A stretch of DNA of 64,000 nucleotides from an uncultured Armatimonadetes bacterium (GTDB lineage Bacteria; Armatimonadota; Hebobacteria; Hebobacterales; Hebobacteraceae), in assembly GCA_963716175.1 (NCBI GenBank), contig OY970296.1, positions 4,064,001-4,128,000 of the forward strand. Direction: 5' to 3'. Below the pieces are notes generated by a model. It did no database searches, was not told the DNA's origin, and was given only the letters and a program-made list of their open reading frames with translations. Shown here piece by piece: positions 51,546 through 61,636 of the stretch; positions within the stretch are counted from its first letter, which is position 1; each line of letters starts with the position of its first letter. The position numbers and the translations under genes were made by a program.

Positions 51546-52749
51546 ATGACGATGGCCGCCTCCCTCGACGAAAAGCTCGCCCTCCTCTCCGCGGCCGCGG
51601 AGTTCGACATCTGCACCTCTTGCGGCACGCGCGCTGGCTACCAGTTCGCGCCCTCCATCACCCGCCTCTACCTTCCCAACGGCGGCGCTCTCTCTGTGCT
51701 GAAGATCCTGATGACCGATGCCTGCCACTATGACTGCTACTACTGCGCGAACCGGGCAGAGCGGCGCCGTCGCCGCCACTCCTTCCGGCCCGGAGGAGCT
51801 GGCCAACGCTTTCCGCGAGCTGCACCATCGAGGCCTGGCGAGTGGGCTCTTCCTCAGCTCCGGGATTCACGGTTCCGCGGCCGAGACCATGGAGAGGATG
51901 ATCGCGGCGGCGGAGATGGTGCGGGAGAGGGATCGCTTCCGCGGCTATCTGCATCTGAAGATCCTCCCGGGCGCCCCCTATCAGGCCGTGGCGCGGGCGG
52001 TGGAGCTGGCCGATCGCGTATCGGTCAACATGGAGGCCCCCAGCCAGAAAGCCCTCAGTCTGCTCTCCGGCAGAAAGAGAACCGCCGAAGACGTGATCAC
52101 CCGTATGCACTGGATTCGTCAGGCCGCCGACCGGGCTGGACCCGGCGCGCTCCGGTCAGGTCAGACCACGCAGTTCATCGTTGGAGCCGCAGGTGAGTCG
52201 GACCGGGAGGTCCTCACCGCCAGCGAAGGGCTGCGCCGCAGCGTCGGCCTACGCCGCGCCTACTTCTCGGCCTTCCGCCCGGTGCCCGACACCCCGCTGG
52301 AGGGTGAGCCGCCCACTCCTCCTCTCCGCCAGCACCGGCTCTACCAGGCGGATTGGCTGCTGCGCTGCTATGGCTTCGATTTCTCCGACCTGCCCTTCGA
52401 CCAGCAGGGCCGCCTGCCGCTGGGCCTCGACCCCAAGCTGGGCTTCGCCCTCCGCCACCCTGAGTGCTTCCCGGTCGAGGTCAACCGCGCCTCCCGGCAG
52501 GAGCTGCTGCACGTTCCCGGCATTGGGGTGCGTTCGGCCGACCGCATCCTGGCCGCCCGGCGCCAGGGCCGGCTCACCTCGCTCGACGACCTGCGCAACC
52601 TTGGAGCGGTCACCCGTCGCGCCGCCCCGTTCCTGCTCGTGAACGGGCGGCGGGAAGGCCCAAGCAGCGCCCCGCGAGAGGGTCGTGCGGCCGCAGAGCA
52701 GATGGAGCTGAGCCTATCCCCCCCCTCCGCCTCCGCGGCGGCGGTATGA
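51546..52749 (+). CDS. Putative DNA modification/repair radical SAM + HhH protein (frameshift ~51790)
   Basis: CHYDCYYC, GLFLSSG, YLHLKILPG, GQTTQFIVG, RLYQADWLLR, VPGIG. Confidence 0.9.
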
Positions 52750-52818
52750 GGCCTCCAGCCGCCAGGCGGGCAGGGCTGGTGGGCCCAGCGTGGAACCTGC
52801 TACCTGAGGGATCGGCAA

Positions 52819-53436
52819 ATGGTTGACCCCACTTACTTCGGCTACGGGGGCTTCAGCTTCTCCTGGGGCGACCATATCTGTGCCATCTTCGAGGAACCCT
52901 CCCAGCAGGATGAGATCATGGGCGGGTTCATGGCACAGGGCCTGCGCGCCGCGCAGCGGTGCGTGTGGGTGGCTCCAGGCAACTCGGCCCAGCACCTCCG
53001 AGATTCCCTGGCGAATATGCGCGCTGATCTGCCCACCCTGGAAGCCTCGGAACAGCTCCTGGTGATCTCCGATGTTGACTTCTACCTCCAGGATAACCTG
53101 TTCGAGCCGGATCGCGTGATGGCGCTGCTGGAAGCTCTTCTCGCGGACGGCCAGCGCGCCGGCTATCCCACCATGCGCATCGCCACCGACTTGTCGTGGC
53201 TGCGAGGCAACCGGATCGACCCCGACCTGTGGGAGGAGTTCGAGGGTCGCCAGACCCAGGACCTGGCGGGCCTGCCCGTAGTGCTGGTTTGTCAATATGA
53301 CCGGCGCCAGCTCTCCGGGTCAATCATGGTGTCCGCCTTCCGCACCCACCCCATCGTCATCGTGGGCGATGCCATCCACCAGAACCCGTTCTTCGTCGCC
53401 CGCGCTGCCGGGCCTGCCATCTCGGAGATCATGTGA
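52819..53436 (+). CDS. Stand-alone MEDS-domain protein
   Basis: GDHICAIFE, FMAQGL, CQYDRR, THP. Confidence 0.85.
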   Translation: MVDPTYFGYGGFSFSWGDHICAIFEEPSQQDEIMGGFMAQGLRAAQRCVWVAPGNSAQHLRDSLANMRADLPTLEASEQLLVISDVDFYLQDNLFEPDRVMALLEALLADGQRAGYPTMRIATDLSWLRGNRIDPDLWEEFEGRQTQDLAGLPVVLVCQYDRRQLSGSIMVSAFRTHPIVIVGDAIHQNPFFVARAAGPAISEIM

Positions 53437-54702
53437 TCATCCCGCGGGAAGGGCGCGGCGCAGCAGCTCCGTGAGGTGCAGCACCTCCACTGGCACGCCG
53501 AATCGCCTGGCGCCGTATCTGAGTTGCATCATACAGGCCGGACAGGGCGTGACCACGATCCCGGCCCCGGTGGACCGGATGTTCTCCATCTTTCGCGCCA
53601 GAATCTGGCTGGCCAGCTCGTGGTGTGTCAGCGCGTAGCTGCCCGCGCCCCCGCAGCACCAGTCGGCCTCCGGCAGCTCGCGGTACTCCACGCCCGGGAT
53701 GCGCCGGAGCAGCTCCCGTGGCTGGCGCACGATCTTCTGATAGCGGCTGAGGTGACAGGGATCGTGGTAGGTGACCACCGCGGGGACGGGCCGCAGACCT
53801 TCCGGAAGTTCGAGCTCGGCGAGGAACTCCGAGAGATCACGCACGCGGGAGGCCATCGCTTCCGCCTCCTCGCGCCGGGGGTCGTCAGCCGCAAACAGCC
53901 GCGGGTAGTCCTTGAGGAAGGAAGAGCAGCTCGCGCAATCGGTGACGATGGCGCTGCTTCCCAGGGGGCGCAGCGCCTCCAGGTTTCTCCCCGCCAGTTT
54001 GCGCGCTGACTCCAGGTCGCCATAGGCATAGGGCGGCAACCCGCAGCAGACGTTGGGCGCGATGGCCACCTGATAGCCGGCGGCCGCGAGCAGGTCCAGG
54101 CTGGCCTCGCCCACCTCGGGGAGAGCATAGTCAATGGCGCAGCCCAGGAAATAGGTGACCTGCCTGACGCCGGTGGCCTGCGAGGTCATGCCGGCCACCC
54201 GGTCGCGGAGGAACGATGACGGGGCGGGCAGCATGGCCGGCGCCTCTCCCAGCCCCCGATCGAGCCAGGGCAGCAGGCGAACCAGTTTCGCCAGGCTGGT
54301 GAGGCGAGTCCGCTTCAGCCACCCCAGCCCGCGGACCACCGTCCGAAGCGCGGCCGGGTTGGGCAGAATCCGCCGGAACAGGAAGCGCTGCAGGCGCGAT
54401 TGGCGCTGCGCCAGATAGCTGGCACGGGCGGCGGCGATGATCCGATCGGTCTCGATTGCCGGCGGGCATTCGGCGGTGCAAGCGCGGCACATCAGGCAGG
54501 CGAAAAGCGAGGCGCGGATATCACCATCGAGCGGCAGATCCTCCTCCACCACCGCCTGGAGGCGAGCGAAATGCCCTCTCGCCACAGACGATTCCAGGCC
54601 GGTGATGCGATAGACGGGACATCGGGTCTGGCAGAAGCCGCACCGGTTGCACTTGTAGAGCTCGTCAGCTACAGCTTGAACCAGCGGAGGGGCCTCCGGC
54701 AC
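53437..54702 (-). CDS. Fe-S oxidoreductase (GlcF-like, 2x4Fe-4S + CCG domains)
   Basis: CNRCGFCQTRCP, CLMCRACTAECP, CCG, YHDPCHL, CCGGAG. Confidence 0.92.
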   Translation of the reverse strand: MPEAPPLVQAVADELYKCNRCGFCQTRCPVYRITGLESSVARGHFARLQAVVEEDLPLDGDIRASLFACLMCRACTAECPPAIETDRIIAAARASYLAQRQSRLQRFLFRRILPNPAALRTVVRGLGWLKRTRLTSLAKLVRLLPWLDRGLGEAPAMLPAPSSFLRDRVAGMTSQATGVRQVTYFLGCAIDYALPEVGEASLDLLAAAGYQVAIAPNVCCGLPPYAYGDLESARKLAGRNLEALRPLGSSAIVTDCASCSSFLKDYPRLFAADDPRREEAEAMASRVRDLSEFLAELELPEGLRPVPAVVTYHDPCHLSRYQKIVRQPRELLRRIPGVEYRELPEADWCCGGAGSYALTHHELASQILARKMENIRSTGAGIVVTPCPACMMQLRYGARRFGVPVEVLHLTELLRRALPAG

Positions 54703-54766
54703 TACGCACTCCTGATTGCTGGCGGCGATAGCTCATTATACCACGCCGCTCACTGCCGCCGCCACA

Positions 54767-56098
54767 TCACGCCGCCTCGCGGCCCAGCGCCTGCATCGCC
54801 TCCCCCACCACGTAGAGCGACCCTGTCACCACGATGGCATCGCTGGGGCGGGCCTGATCCAGCGCCTCCCGCAGCGCCAGCGAAACCGGGGTGTAGGCCG
54901 CGGTGTGCCGGCAGTGAGTGTAGACCACGCGCTGGAGTTCCTCCGCCGGCACGGCGCGGGGCGAGGAGCTGGCGGTGACGATCACCCGGTCGGCGATCGG
55001 GCACAGCCGAACGGCAACCGCCTCCGGGTCGTGGCCGCGCTGAACGCCCAACACCAGGATGATGCGATAGCCCGAGAACAGGGATTCCAGCGTGGCCGCC
55101 AGCGCCTCGGCGCTGGGCGCGTTGTGCGCGCCATCGAGGATGAGATAGGGCCGGCGGTTCACGATCTCGAACCTGCCAGGCCACTTCACGGACTCGATGC
55201 CCTGGCGGATGGCCTCGGCCGACACCGGGATGCCATGCGCTGCCAGGCCCTCGATCAGACCTACTGCCACCGCCGCGTTCTCGGCCTGGTGAGGTCCGAG
55301 GAGATGGCACTCCAGGTCGGCATAGGTGGCCTTCGCGGTCTGGATAGTGAAGACCTGGCGGTGGTGATTGGCGCTGCTGATGGAGACACGCGGTCCTCCC
55401 GGCTCCCCCACCACGATGAGCTGGGCCCGGCGCTCCAGGCAGACCTCCTGGAACAGATCGAGCACCTCTGGGGACTGAGGAGCGGAGATCACCGCCACGC
55501 CGGGCTTGATGATCCCGGCCTTCTCGGCCGCGATCTGTGGGATGGTATCGCCCAGTTCCTGCATGTGATCGAAGCCGATGCGAGTGATCGCGCAGATCAG
55601 GGGCTTGACGATATTGGTGGCATCCAGGCGGCCCCCCAGGCCGGTCTCGATCACGGCCAGATCAACCTGCTGTTGGGCGAAGTAGAGAAAGCCGAGGAGG
55701 GTGTAGGCCTCGAAGAAGCTGGGCTCGCCCAGCTCGGACCCGCGCAGCGACTCGATCACCGGGAAGGCCTGCTCCACCAGAGAGACCACGTCGGCCTCCG
55801 GGATCATCTTGCCCTCCACGCGGATGCGCTCGCGAAACGAGATCAGGTGGGGCTTGCTGTAGAGGCCGATCTTCAGCCCGGCCGCGGCCAGCATGGAGGC
55901 CGTGATCGCCGCGGTGGAACCCTTGCCCTTGGTGCCGGCGATGTGCACGCAGCGCAGCCCCAGGTGCGGGTCGCCGAACTCGTGCAGCATGTGTCCGATT
56001 CGATCCAGGTTCCACAGCCGCGCCGCGGCCGCGCCCGCGGGTGTGCGCTCATAGTCAATCAGGGATTCGAGGTAGGCGACCGCCTCGGCATAGGTCAT
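54767..56098 (-). CDS. folC: Folylpolyglutamate synthase/dihydrofolate synthase
   Basis: HIAGTKGKGS, ETGLGGRLDATN, EKAGIIK, WPGRFE, DGAHN, TGSLY. Confidence 0.95.
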   Translation of the reverse strand: MTYAEAVAYLESLIDYERTPAGAAAARLWNLDRIGHMLHEFGDPHLGLRCVHIAGTKGKGSTAAITASMLAAAGLKIGLYSKPHLISFRERIRVEGKMIPEADVVSLVEQAFPVIESLRGSELGEPSFFEAYTLLGFLYFAQQQVDLAVIETGLGGRLDATNIVKPLICAITRIGFDHMQELGDTIPQIAAEKAGIIKPGVAVISAPQSPEVLDLFQEVCLERRAQLIVVGEPGGPRVSISSANHHRQVFTIQTAKATYADLECHLLGPHQAENAAVAVGLIEGLAAHGIPVSAEAIRQGIESVKWPGRFEIVNRRPYLILDGAHNAPSAEALAATLESLFSGYRIILVLGVQRGHDPEAVAVRLCPIADRVIVTASSSPRAVPAEELQRVVYTHCRHTAAYTPVSLALREALDQARPSDAIVVTGSLYVVGEAMQALGREAA

Positions 56099-56346
56099 GG
56101 CTGGCGGTAGACGACGTCGCGCTTCCGTATTCGGGTTACGATGGTCACCCCTTCGGAGTGCCGATAGAGCATCCGGTAGTTGCCGACGCGCAACGACCGT
56201 CCTCCGCCAAACTCGCCGCGTAGCCGTTTCCCGACCGCTGGGTTCTCCCTCAACCTATCGAGAGCTTCCAGCAGACGCGGGCGCTCGCTTCGAGGAGCCG
56301 CGCTTAGGTCGCGCTCGGCGCCCGCGGTGAGCTGCATCGGAGGCAT
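56095..56346 (-). CDS. RelE/ParE-family toxin
   Basis: LRENPAVGKRLRG...LRVGNYRMLY...RDVVY. Confidence 0.85.
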   Translation of the reverse strand: MPPMQLTAGAERDLSAAPRSERPRLLEALDRLRENPAVGKRLRGEFGGGRSLRVGNYRMLYRHSEGVTIVTRIRKRDVVYRQP

Positions 56347-56617
56347 CTCTCAGTAGCCTCTCCTTCACAACCTCGTAGTCCACAGTCCGACCCGCGCGGA
56401 TGTCCTCTTCGCCCTCCCGGATCGCTTTCACCAGCTCCGGGTCGGACATGATCTCGATGGTCTCCTGCATCCCATCGTAATCATCGTACGCGAGAAGCAC
56501 GGCCGCGGGATGCCCGCCCCGCGTGATGATGACCCGATCGAACGTCTCGTCGGTCTCCCGGACCAGCTCGCAGAAGGACTTCTTGGCTTCTGTCACCGTC
56601 AGGAATCGCTCTGGCAT
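56255..56617 (-). CDS. Phd/YefM-family antitoxin
   Basis: [35 protein letters not shown]; C-terminus runs into the toxin gene. Confidence 0.88.
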   Translation of the reverse strand: MPERFLTVTEAKKSFCELVRETDETFDRVIITRGGHPAAVLLAYDDYDGMQETIEIMSDPELVKAIREGEEDIRAGRTVDYEVVKERLLRDASDAAHRGRRARPKRGSSKRAPASAGSSR

Positions 56618-56644
56618 GGTCTTCACCTTCTCGATCGCCTGCGG

Positions 56645-56686
56645 CGATCTGACCATTATTATGGTCAGATCGGGTGGCGCTGTCAA
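56645..56686 (-). promoter_or_regulatory. TA promoter with palindromic operator
   Basis: TTGACA-17 bp-CATAAT; CGATCTGACCAT-N4-ATGGTCAGATCG over the -10. Confidence 0.85.
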
Positions 56687-56713
56687 TGGCCTCAACGAGG
56701 AAGGAAGAGCGCT

Positions 56714-56776
56714 CTGGGCAGGAGATACGCTCCTGCCCTACCAGCTCCATCCGCGTTCATCGGCGTCCATCTGCGG
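56714..56776. repeat. REP-like hairpin plus ATCTGCG-type repeat
   Basis: CTGGGCAGGAGATACGCTCCTGCCCTAC; ATCCGCGTTCATCGGCGTCCATCTGCGG. Confidence 0.7.
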
Positions 56777-56798
56777 CTCAGGCCGTTCTCGCGCGTCC

Positions 56799-58064
56799 TC
56801 AATCCACCTCCAGCTCATCGTAGATCGGGAACCGCGCGCAAAGCTTGCCCACTTCCTCTCTCACCTGCCTGCGCACTTCCGGGTTGAGGGGGCTGCGCAG
56901 CACCCGCCCCATCATCTCACCAATCTGCGCCATCTCCGGCTCCTTCATGCCCCGGGTGGTGACCGCGGGCGTGCCCGGCCGGATGCCGGAGGCGATGGCG
57001 GGAGGCTGATGGTCGTAGGGGATGCTGTTCTTGTTCACGATAATGCCGGCCTCCTCCAGTATGTTGGCCGCATCCCGCCCGCTCAATGGCAGGGGCCGGA
57101 GGTCGCACAGCACGAGGTGGGTATCGGTGCCGCCGCTCACCAGCCGGATGCCCTGGCCCTGCAAGCTCTCGGCCAGGGCGCGGGCATTCTTCACGATCTG
57201 ATGCTGATAGGCGCGGAAGCTCTCCGTCATCGCCTCCTTGAAGGCCACCGCCTTGGCCGCGATCACGTGCATCAGCGGCCCGGCCTGGATGCCGGGGAAG
57301 ATCGCCCGGTCAACGGCATCCGCGAGGTGGCGCTTGCACATGATGAAGGCGCCGCGCGGGCCTCGCAGCGTCTTGTGCGTGGTGGAGGTCACGATGTCGG
57401 CATAGGGCACCGGGCTGGGGTGGGCGTCGGCCGCGATCAGGCCCACGATATGGGCGATGTCCGCCATCAAGAAGGCGCTAACCTCATCTGCGATCAAGCG
57501 CCAGGCCTCCCAATCTATGGTGCGGGGATAGGCGCTGAAGCCGACCACGATCAGTTTCGGCCGATAGAGCTGGGCGATCTTGCGCGCGGATTCGTAGTCC
57601 AGCAGCTCCGTATCCCGGTCCAGCGGGTAATGGTGGACGCGGTAGTAGCGGCCCGAGAAATTGACCGCCTGCCCGTGGCTGAGGTGACCCCCGTGGTCCA
57701 CGGACAGAGAAAGGATAGTGTCGCCCGGCTCCAGCACCGCATAGTAGGCGGCCATGTTGGCCTGGGAGCCGGTATGGGCCTGCACGTTGACGTGGTCGGC
57801 CCCGAACAGCTCCTTGGCGCGGTCTATCGCCAGCTGCTCCGCCCGGTCCACGGGCCCGCAGCCATTGTACCAGCGGGCGCCAGGGTAGCCCTCCGCGTAC
57901 TTGTTGGTCATGATGCAGCCCTGGGCCTGGAGCACGGCCTTGGAGGCGTAGTTCTCGGAAGGGATCATCACCAGGCAGGTGCGCTGGCGCTCCAGTTCCT
58001 CCTCGAGCGCGGCGGCGATCTCGGGGTCGGACTGGCGCAGGGTGAGGTTCATCATCTTCGTCAT
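56799..58064 (-). CDS. glyA: Serine hydroxymethyltransferase
   Basis: [34 protein letters not shown]. Confidence 0.97.
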   Translation of the reverse strand: MTKMMNLTLRQSDPEIAAALEEELERQRTCLVMIPSENYASKAVLQAQGCIMTNKYAEGYPGARWYNGCGPVDRAEQLAIDRAKELFGADHVNVQAHTGSQANMAAYYAVLEPGDTILSLSVDHGGHLSHGQAVNFSGRYYRVHHYPLDRDTELLDYESARKIAQLYRPKLIVVGFSAYPRTIDWEAWRLIADEVSAFLMADIAHIVGLIAADAHPSPVPYADIVTSTTHKTLRGPRGAFIMCKRHLADAVDRAIFPGIQAGPLMHVIAAKAVAFKEAMTESFRAYQHQIVKNARALAESLQGQGIRLVSGGTDTHLVLCDLRPLPLSGRDAANILEEAGIIVNKNSIPYDHQPPAIASGIRPGTPAVTTRGMKEPEMAQIGEMMGRVLRSPLNPEVRRQVREEVGKLCARFPIYDELEVD

Positions 58065-58105
58065 CTCTCCGGGTGGAATGGCGGAACCATCGGCCAACGA
58101 TCGGC

Positions 58106-59665
58106 TCAGTGTCGGAAGTGCCGGACTCCGGTGAACACCATGGCCATGCCATGCTCGTCGCAGGCCGCGATCGCCTGCTCGTCGCCGCGCGACCCTCCGG
58201 GCTGGATGATAGCGGTGACGCCCGCCTTCGCCGCCGCCTCCACCGCGTCCGGGTAGGGGAAGTAAGCATCGGAGGCCAGCACCGCTCCCTGCGCGCGCTC
58301 GCCGGCCTTCTTCACCGCCAGCTCGGCCGCATCCACCCGGCTGGTCACCCCGCCGCCGATACCAACCGCCTTGGAGCCCTGGGCGATGACGATGGCGTTG
58401 GACTTGGTGTGCTTGCAGACCACCCAGGCAAAGCGCAGCGCGGCCCGCTCCTCCGGGGTGGGAGCGCGCTTGGTCACCCCTCGCATTTCCTCCGGCTCGC
58501 CGGGGGTGTCGCGCGTCTGCACGATCAGGCCCCCAGTGACCTGCTTGAAGGCCCACGGGTCGGTCGCGCTCAGATTGGGCAGCTCCAACAGGCGGAGGTC
58601 CTTCTTGACTGACAGGGCCGCCGCCGCCTCCTGGTGGTAGCCGGGCGCGAGCACGCACTCCATGAAGCCGTACTGCTGGATGCCATCCAGGATGGCCTGC
58701 GCCGTCGCCAGGTCAACTGGCTGGTTGCACCCGATGATCCCGCCGAAGGCCGACATGGGGTCGGTGGCGAGGGCATCCAGGTAGGCCTGGCGCAGGTTGT
58801 CCGCCGCGGCCGCCCCGCAGGGGCTGTTGTGCTTGACGATGATGGCGGCCGGCCGCTGGAACTCCCGCACGAACCCCAGCACCGCCTCCAGGTCGAGGTA
58901 GTTGTTGAAGGAGAGCGCTTTGCCATGAAGCTGGCGCGCGGCCGCCAGGCCCAATGGCGTCAGCGTGAGGCGGCGGTAGAAGGCGCCCTCCTGATGGGGG
59001 TTCTCCCCGTACCGGAGGTCCGTGGTCTTCTGATATGGGTGCAGAAAGAGACCGGGGAAAGTCTCGGCCCCCACGATGTGGTGCGCCAGATAGTTGTAGA
59101 TGGCGGCGTCGTAGCGGGCGGTATGGGCAAAGGCCTCCCGCGCCAGCCGCGCTCGCGAGTCCTCGGGCACCTCGCCCCCGAGCTTCTGCATCTCGTCCAG
59201 CACGCCTGGATAGCGCTGCGGATTGCAGATCGCGGTGACGTAGCGATGGTTCTTCGCGGCCGAGCGGAGCATGGCGGGCCCGCCGATGTCAATGTTCTCG
59301 ATGGCTTCGGCGAGGGTGACATCGGGCCGCGCCACCGTCTGCTCGAAGGGATAGAGATTCACCACTACCAGGTCAATCATGGTGATGCCATGCTTCTCCG
59401 CAGCCGCCATGTGCACCGGGTTGTCGCGCAGCGCGAGCAGACCCCCATGCACCCTGGGGTGAAGGGTCTTCACCCGCCCATCCATCATCTCCGGGAAACC
59501 AGTGTACTCGGAGACATCGGTGACCGGAATCCCGGCCTGGCGGAGATGCGCGGCGGTCCCTCCCGAGGAGAGGATGGTGACCTCCAGCGCGATCAGGCCC
59601 TTGGCGAACTCGCGCAGGCCGGCCTTATCCGAGACGCTCATCAAAGCAGTGCGAACCCGGGCCAT
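58106..59665 (-). CDS. purH: Bifunctional AICAR transformylase/IMP cyclohydrolase
   Basis: [45 protein letters not shown]. Confidence 0.97.
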   Translation of the reverse strand: MARVRTALMSVSDKAGLREFAKGLIALEVTILSSGGTAAHLRQAGIPVTDVSEYTGFPEMMDGRVKTLHPRVHGGLLALRDNPVHMAAAEKHGITMIDLVVVNLYPFEQTVARPDVTLAEAIENIDIGGPAMLRSAAKNHRYVTAICNPQRYPGVLDEMQKLGGEVPEDSRARLAREAFAHTARYDAAIYNYLAHHIVGAETFPGLFLHPYQKTTDLRYGENPHQEGAFYRRLTLTPLGLAAARQLHGKALSFNNYLDLEAVLGFVREFQRPAAIIVKHNSPCGAAAADNLRQAYLDALATDPMSAFGGIIGCNQPVDLATAQAILDGIQQYGFMECVLAPGYHQEAAAALSVKKDLRLLELPNLSATDPWAFKQVTGGLIVQTRDTPGEPEEMRGVTKRAPTPEERAALRFAWVVCKHTKSNAIVIAQGSKAVGIGGGVTSRVDAAELAVKKAGERAQGAVLASDAYFPYPDAVEAAAKAGVTAIIQPGGSRGDEQAIAACDEHGMAMVFTGVRHFRH

Positions 59666-59699
59666 GTCAGGGGGCCTCCGTGGAGAATCCGACCGGGCG

Positions 59700-59728
59700 A
59701 GTATAGCAGGCCGGCCGGGGGGTGTCAA
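59700..59728 (-). promoter_or_regulatory. purH promoter
   Basis: TTGACA-17 bp-TATACT. Confidence 0.75.
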
Positions 59729-59741
59729 AGCGCAGAGCGCG

Positions 59742-60419
59742 TTAGAGACCGCCGCCGCGGCGCGGCCCCAGCTTGGCGAGCAGGCGCTTCGGATTGGTCA
59801 CCAGCGCGGCCTCCATCTCCTCCCGGGACAGGCCCGCCCCGGCCGCGACGCGGCGCGCGAAGTCCTCGGTCAGGATATCCTCCGGCGCGTGGGCATCGCT
59901 GTTGACCAGAAGCAGCGCCCCGGCCTGCCTGGCGGCCGCAGCCACCGCGCCGTTGCCAAGCGAATGGCCCTGGCGCGCGGAGATCTCGAGCCAGATGCCA
60001 TTGCCCGCGGCCAGCCCAGCCAGCTCCGCGTCGATGGGCCCGGGGTGGGCCAGAATGTCCACCTCCGGGCAGCGCAGCGCCGCCAGATTCGTGCCGGCAG
60101 CGACCGGCTCCACCGGGGTCTCCCCATGCACCACCACGATCTGAGCGCCGCGGCGGCGCGCCTCTCGCGCCAGCTCGGGGATGGCCGCCGGGGGCAGATG
60201 AGTGAGCTCCACACCGGGGATCGCGCGAATCTCCCAATGCTCTTCCGCCAGCCGACACTCCGCCACCAGAGCAGTAACGACCGAGTCGAGATTGCCGCGG
60301 GAAACGTGGTCCGTGAGGGCGATCGCGGTGTAGCCCCGGCAGATCGCCCGGCGAATCAGCTCGATTGGCAGAAGCCCACCGTCGCTCAGCAGAGTATGAG
60401 TGTGGAAATCGTAGAGCAT
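59742..60419 (-). CDS. PHP-domain protein (histidinol-phosphate phosphatase-like)
   Basis: DFHTHT, LTDH, GVELTH, LAHPG, NSDAH. Confidence 0.9.
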   Translation of the reverse strand: MLYDFHTHTLLSDGGLLPIELIRRAICRGYTAIALTDHVSRGNLDSVVTALVAECRLAEEHWEIRAIPGVELTHLPPAAIPELAREARRRGAQIVVVHGETPVEPVAAGTNLAALRCPEVDILAHPGPIDAELAGLAAGNGIWLEISARQGHSLGNGAVAAAARQAGALLLVNSDAHAPEDILTEDFARRVAAGAGLSREEMEAALVTNPKRLLAKLGPRRGGGL

Positions 60420-60434
60420 AGCTCTCTCTCTCGG

Positions 60435-61556
60435 TCAAGCATCCGGAGCGGCCCCGACTGCGATCAGGGCTCGCGCTAGCGCCTCCTCGGGCACTTCGAC
60501 GCCAATCTCGACCACGCCGATCGCTCTCGGCAGCACGAACCGCGGCGCTCCGCCCGCGGCCTTCTTGTCAGACCTCATCGCCGCCAATACCTCCCGCGCC
60601 GGGATGGCAGGAGAGCGCGTGGGGAGTCCACAGCGCTCCAGCAGGCCCTGAATCTGGTCGGCAGTGCTCTCTTCCAGCCTCCCCAGATCCTGGGCTAGAC
60701 GAGACGCGGCGGCCATGCCGATAGCAACGGCCTCGCCGTGCCGCAGGCCGCGATAGCCGGCCAGGGTCTCCAGGGCGTGGCCGACTGTGTGCCCGAGGTT
60801 CAACATCGCGCGCGGCCCGGCCTCCCGCTCATCCTGGCGGACTACGTCGGCCTTGATCTCGCAGCTCCGCCGCACTACGTGGGCGATGGCATCGGGCTGG
60901 CGCTTACTCAGCGCCTCGGCGTTCTCCTCCAGCCACCGGAAGAGCCCGGCGTCGGCGATGATGGCGTGTTTCACCACTTCCGCCAGGCCCGCGCGGTAAT
61001 CTCGCGCGCTCAGCGTACGGAGCACGCCGGAATCGGCGATCACCGCCCGGGGCTGGTAGAAAGCGCCGACCAGGTTCTTGGCCTGCGGGCGGTCCACCGC
61101 CACTTTGCCCCCGACGGAGGCGTCCACTTGGGCGAGCAGGGTGGTGGGGATCTGGACATAGGGCAGGCCCCGCATGTACGTGGCGGCGACGAAGCCGGCC
61201 AGATCGCCGATCACCCCTCCCCCGAAGGCGATCACCGCCGAGCCCCGATCGGCTCCCCGGGAGAGGAGCTGGTCGTAGAGGATCGCTGCCTGCCGCAGGG
61301 ATTTGTGCCGCTCTCCGGCGGGCACGGCGATGGTGTCGAAGGGGAGACCGGCGAGGCCCCGCCGCAGCGACTCACCATGGAGTCGGTCGACGCGAGGATG
61401 AGTGATGACGAAGCCGCGATTCGCTGCCACCGCGTCGGCGATGAGCTGGCCCGCACGCTCCAGCAACCCCTGGCCCAGATGGATCTGGTAGGACCGCGGG
61501 CCCAGCTCGACGCGCAGGGAGATGGTGCACTCCGGGTGGTGCGACGGTGATAGCAT
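60435..61556 (-). CDS. aroB: 3-dehydroquinate synthase
   Basis: GGGVIGDLAGF, PTTLLAQVDASVGGK, KNLVGAFYQP, LNLGHTVGHALE, DKK; exact start uncertain. Confidence 0.96.
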   Translation of the reverse strand: MLSPSHHPECTISLRVELGPRSYQIHLGQGLLERAGQLIADAVAANRGFVITHPRVDRLHGESLRRGLAGLPFDTIAVPAGERHKSLRQAAILYDQLLSRGADRGSAVIAFGGGVIGDLAGFVAATYMRGLPYVQIPTTLLAQVDASVGGKVAVDRPQAKNLVGAFYQPRAVIADSGVLRTLSARDYRAGLAEVVKHAIIADAGLFRWLEENAEALSKRQPDAIAHVVRRSCEIKADVVRQDEREAGPRAMLNLGHTVGHALETLAGYRGLRHGEAVAIGMAAASRLAQDLGRLEESTADQIQGLLERCGLPTRSPAIPAREVLAAMRSDKKAAGGAPRFVLPRAIGVVEIGVEVPEEALARALIAVGAAPDA

Positions 61557-61636
61557 GCTCAGGCTCCACAGGTTGAAGGAAGCGGCACCCCGGGGGGAGC
61601 GCCGCTTCCGGACGCATGCTCGTCCTCAGGCTGCGG

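Noticed and set aside
59666-59741. ZTP riboswitch before purH
   Set aside because: A consensus promoter lies ~35 nt from the start codon, leaving no room
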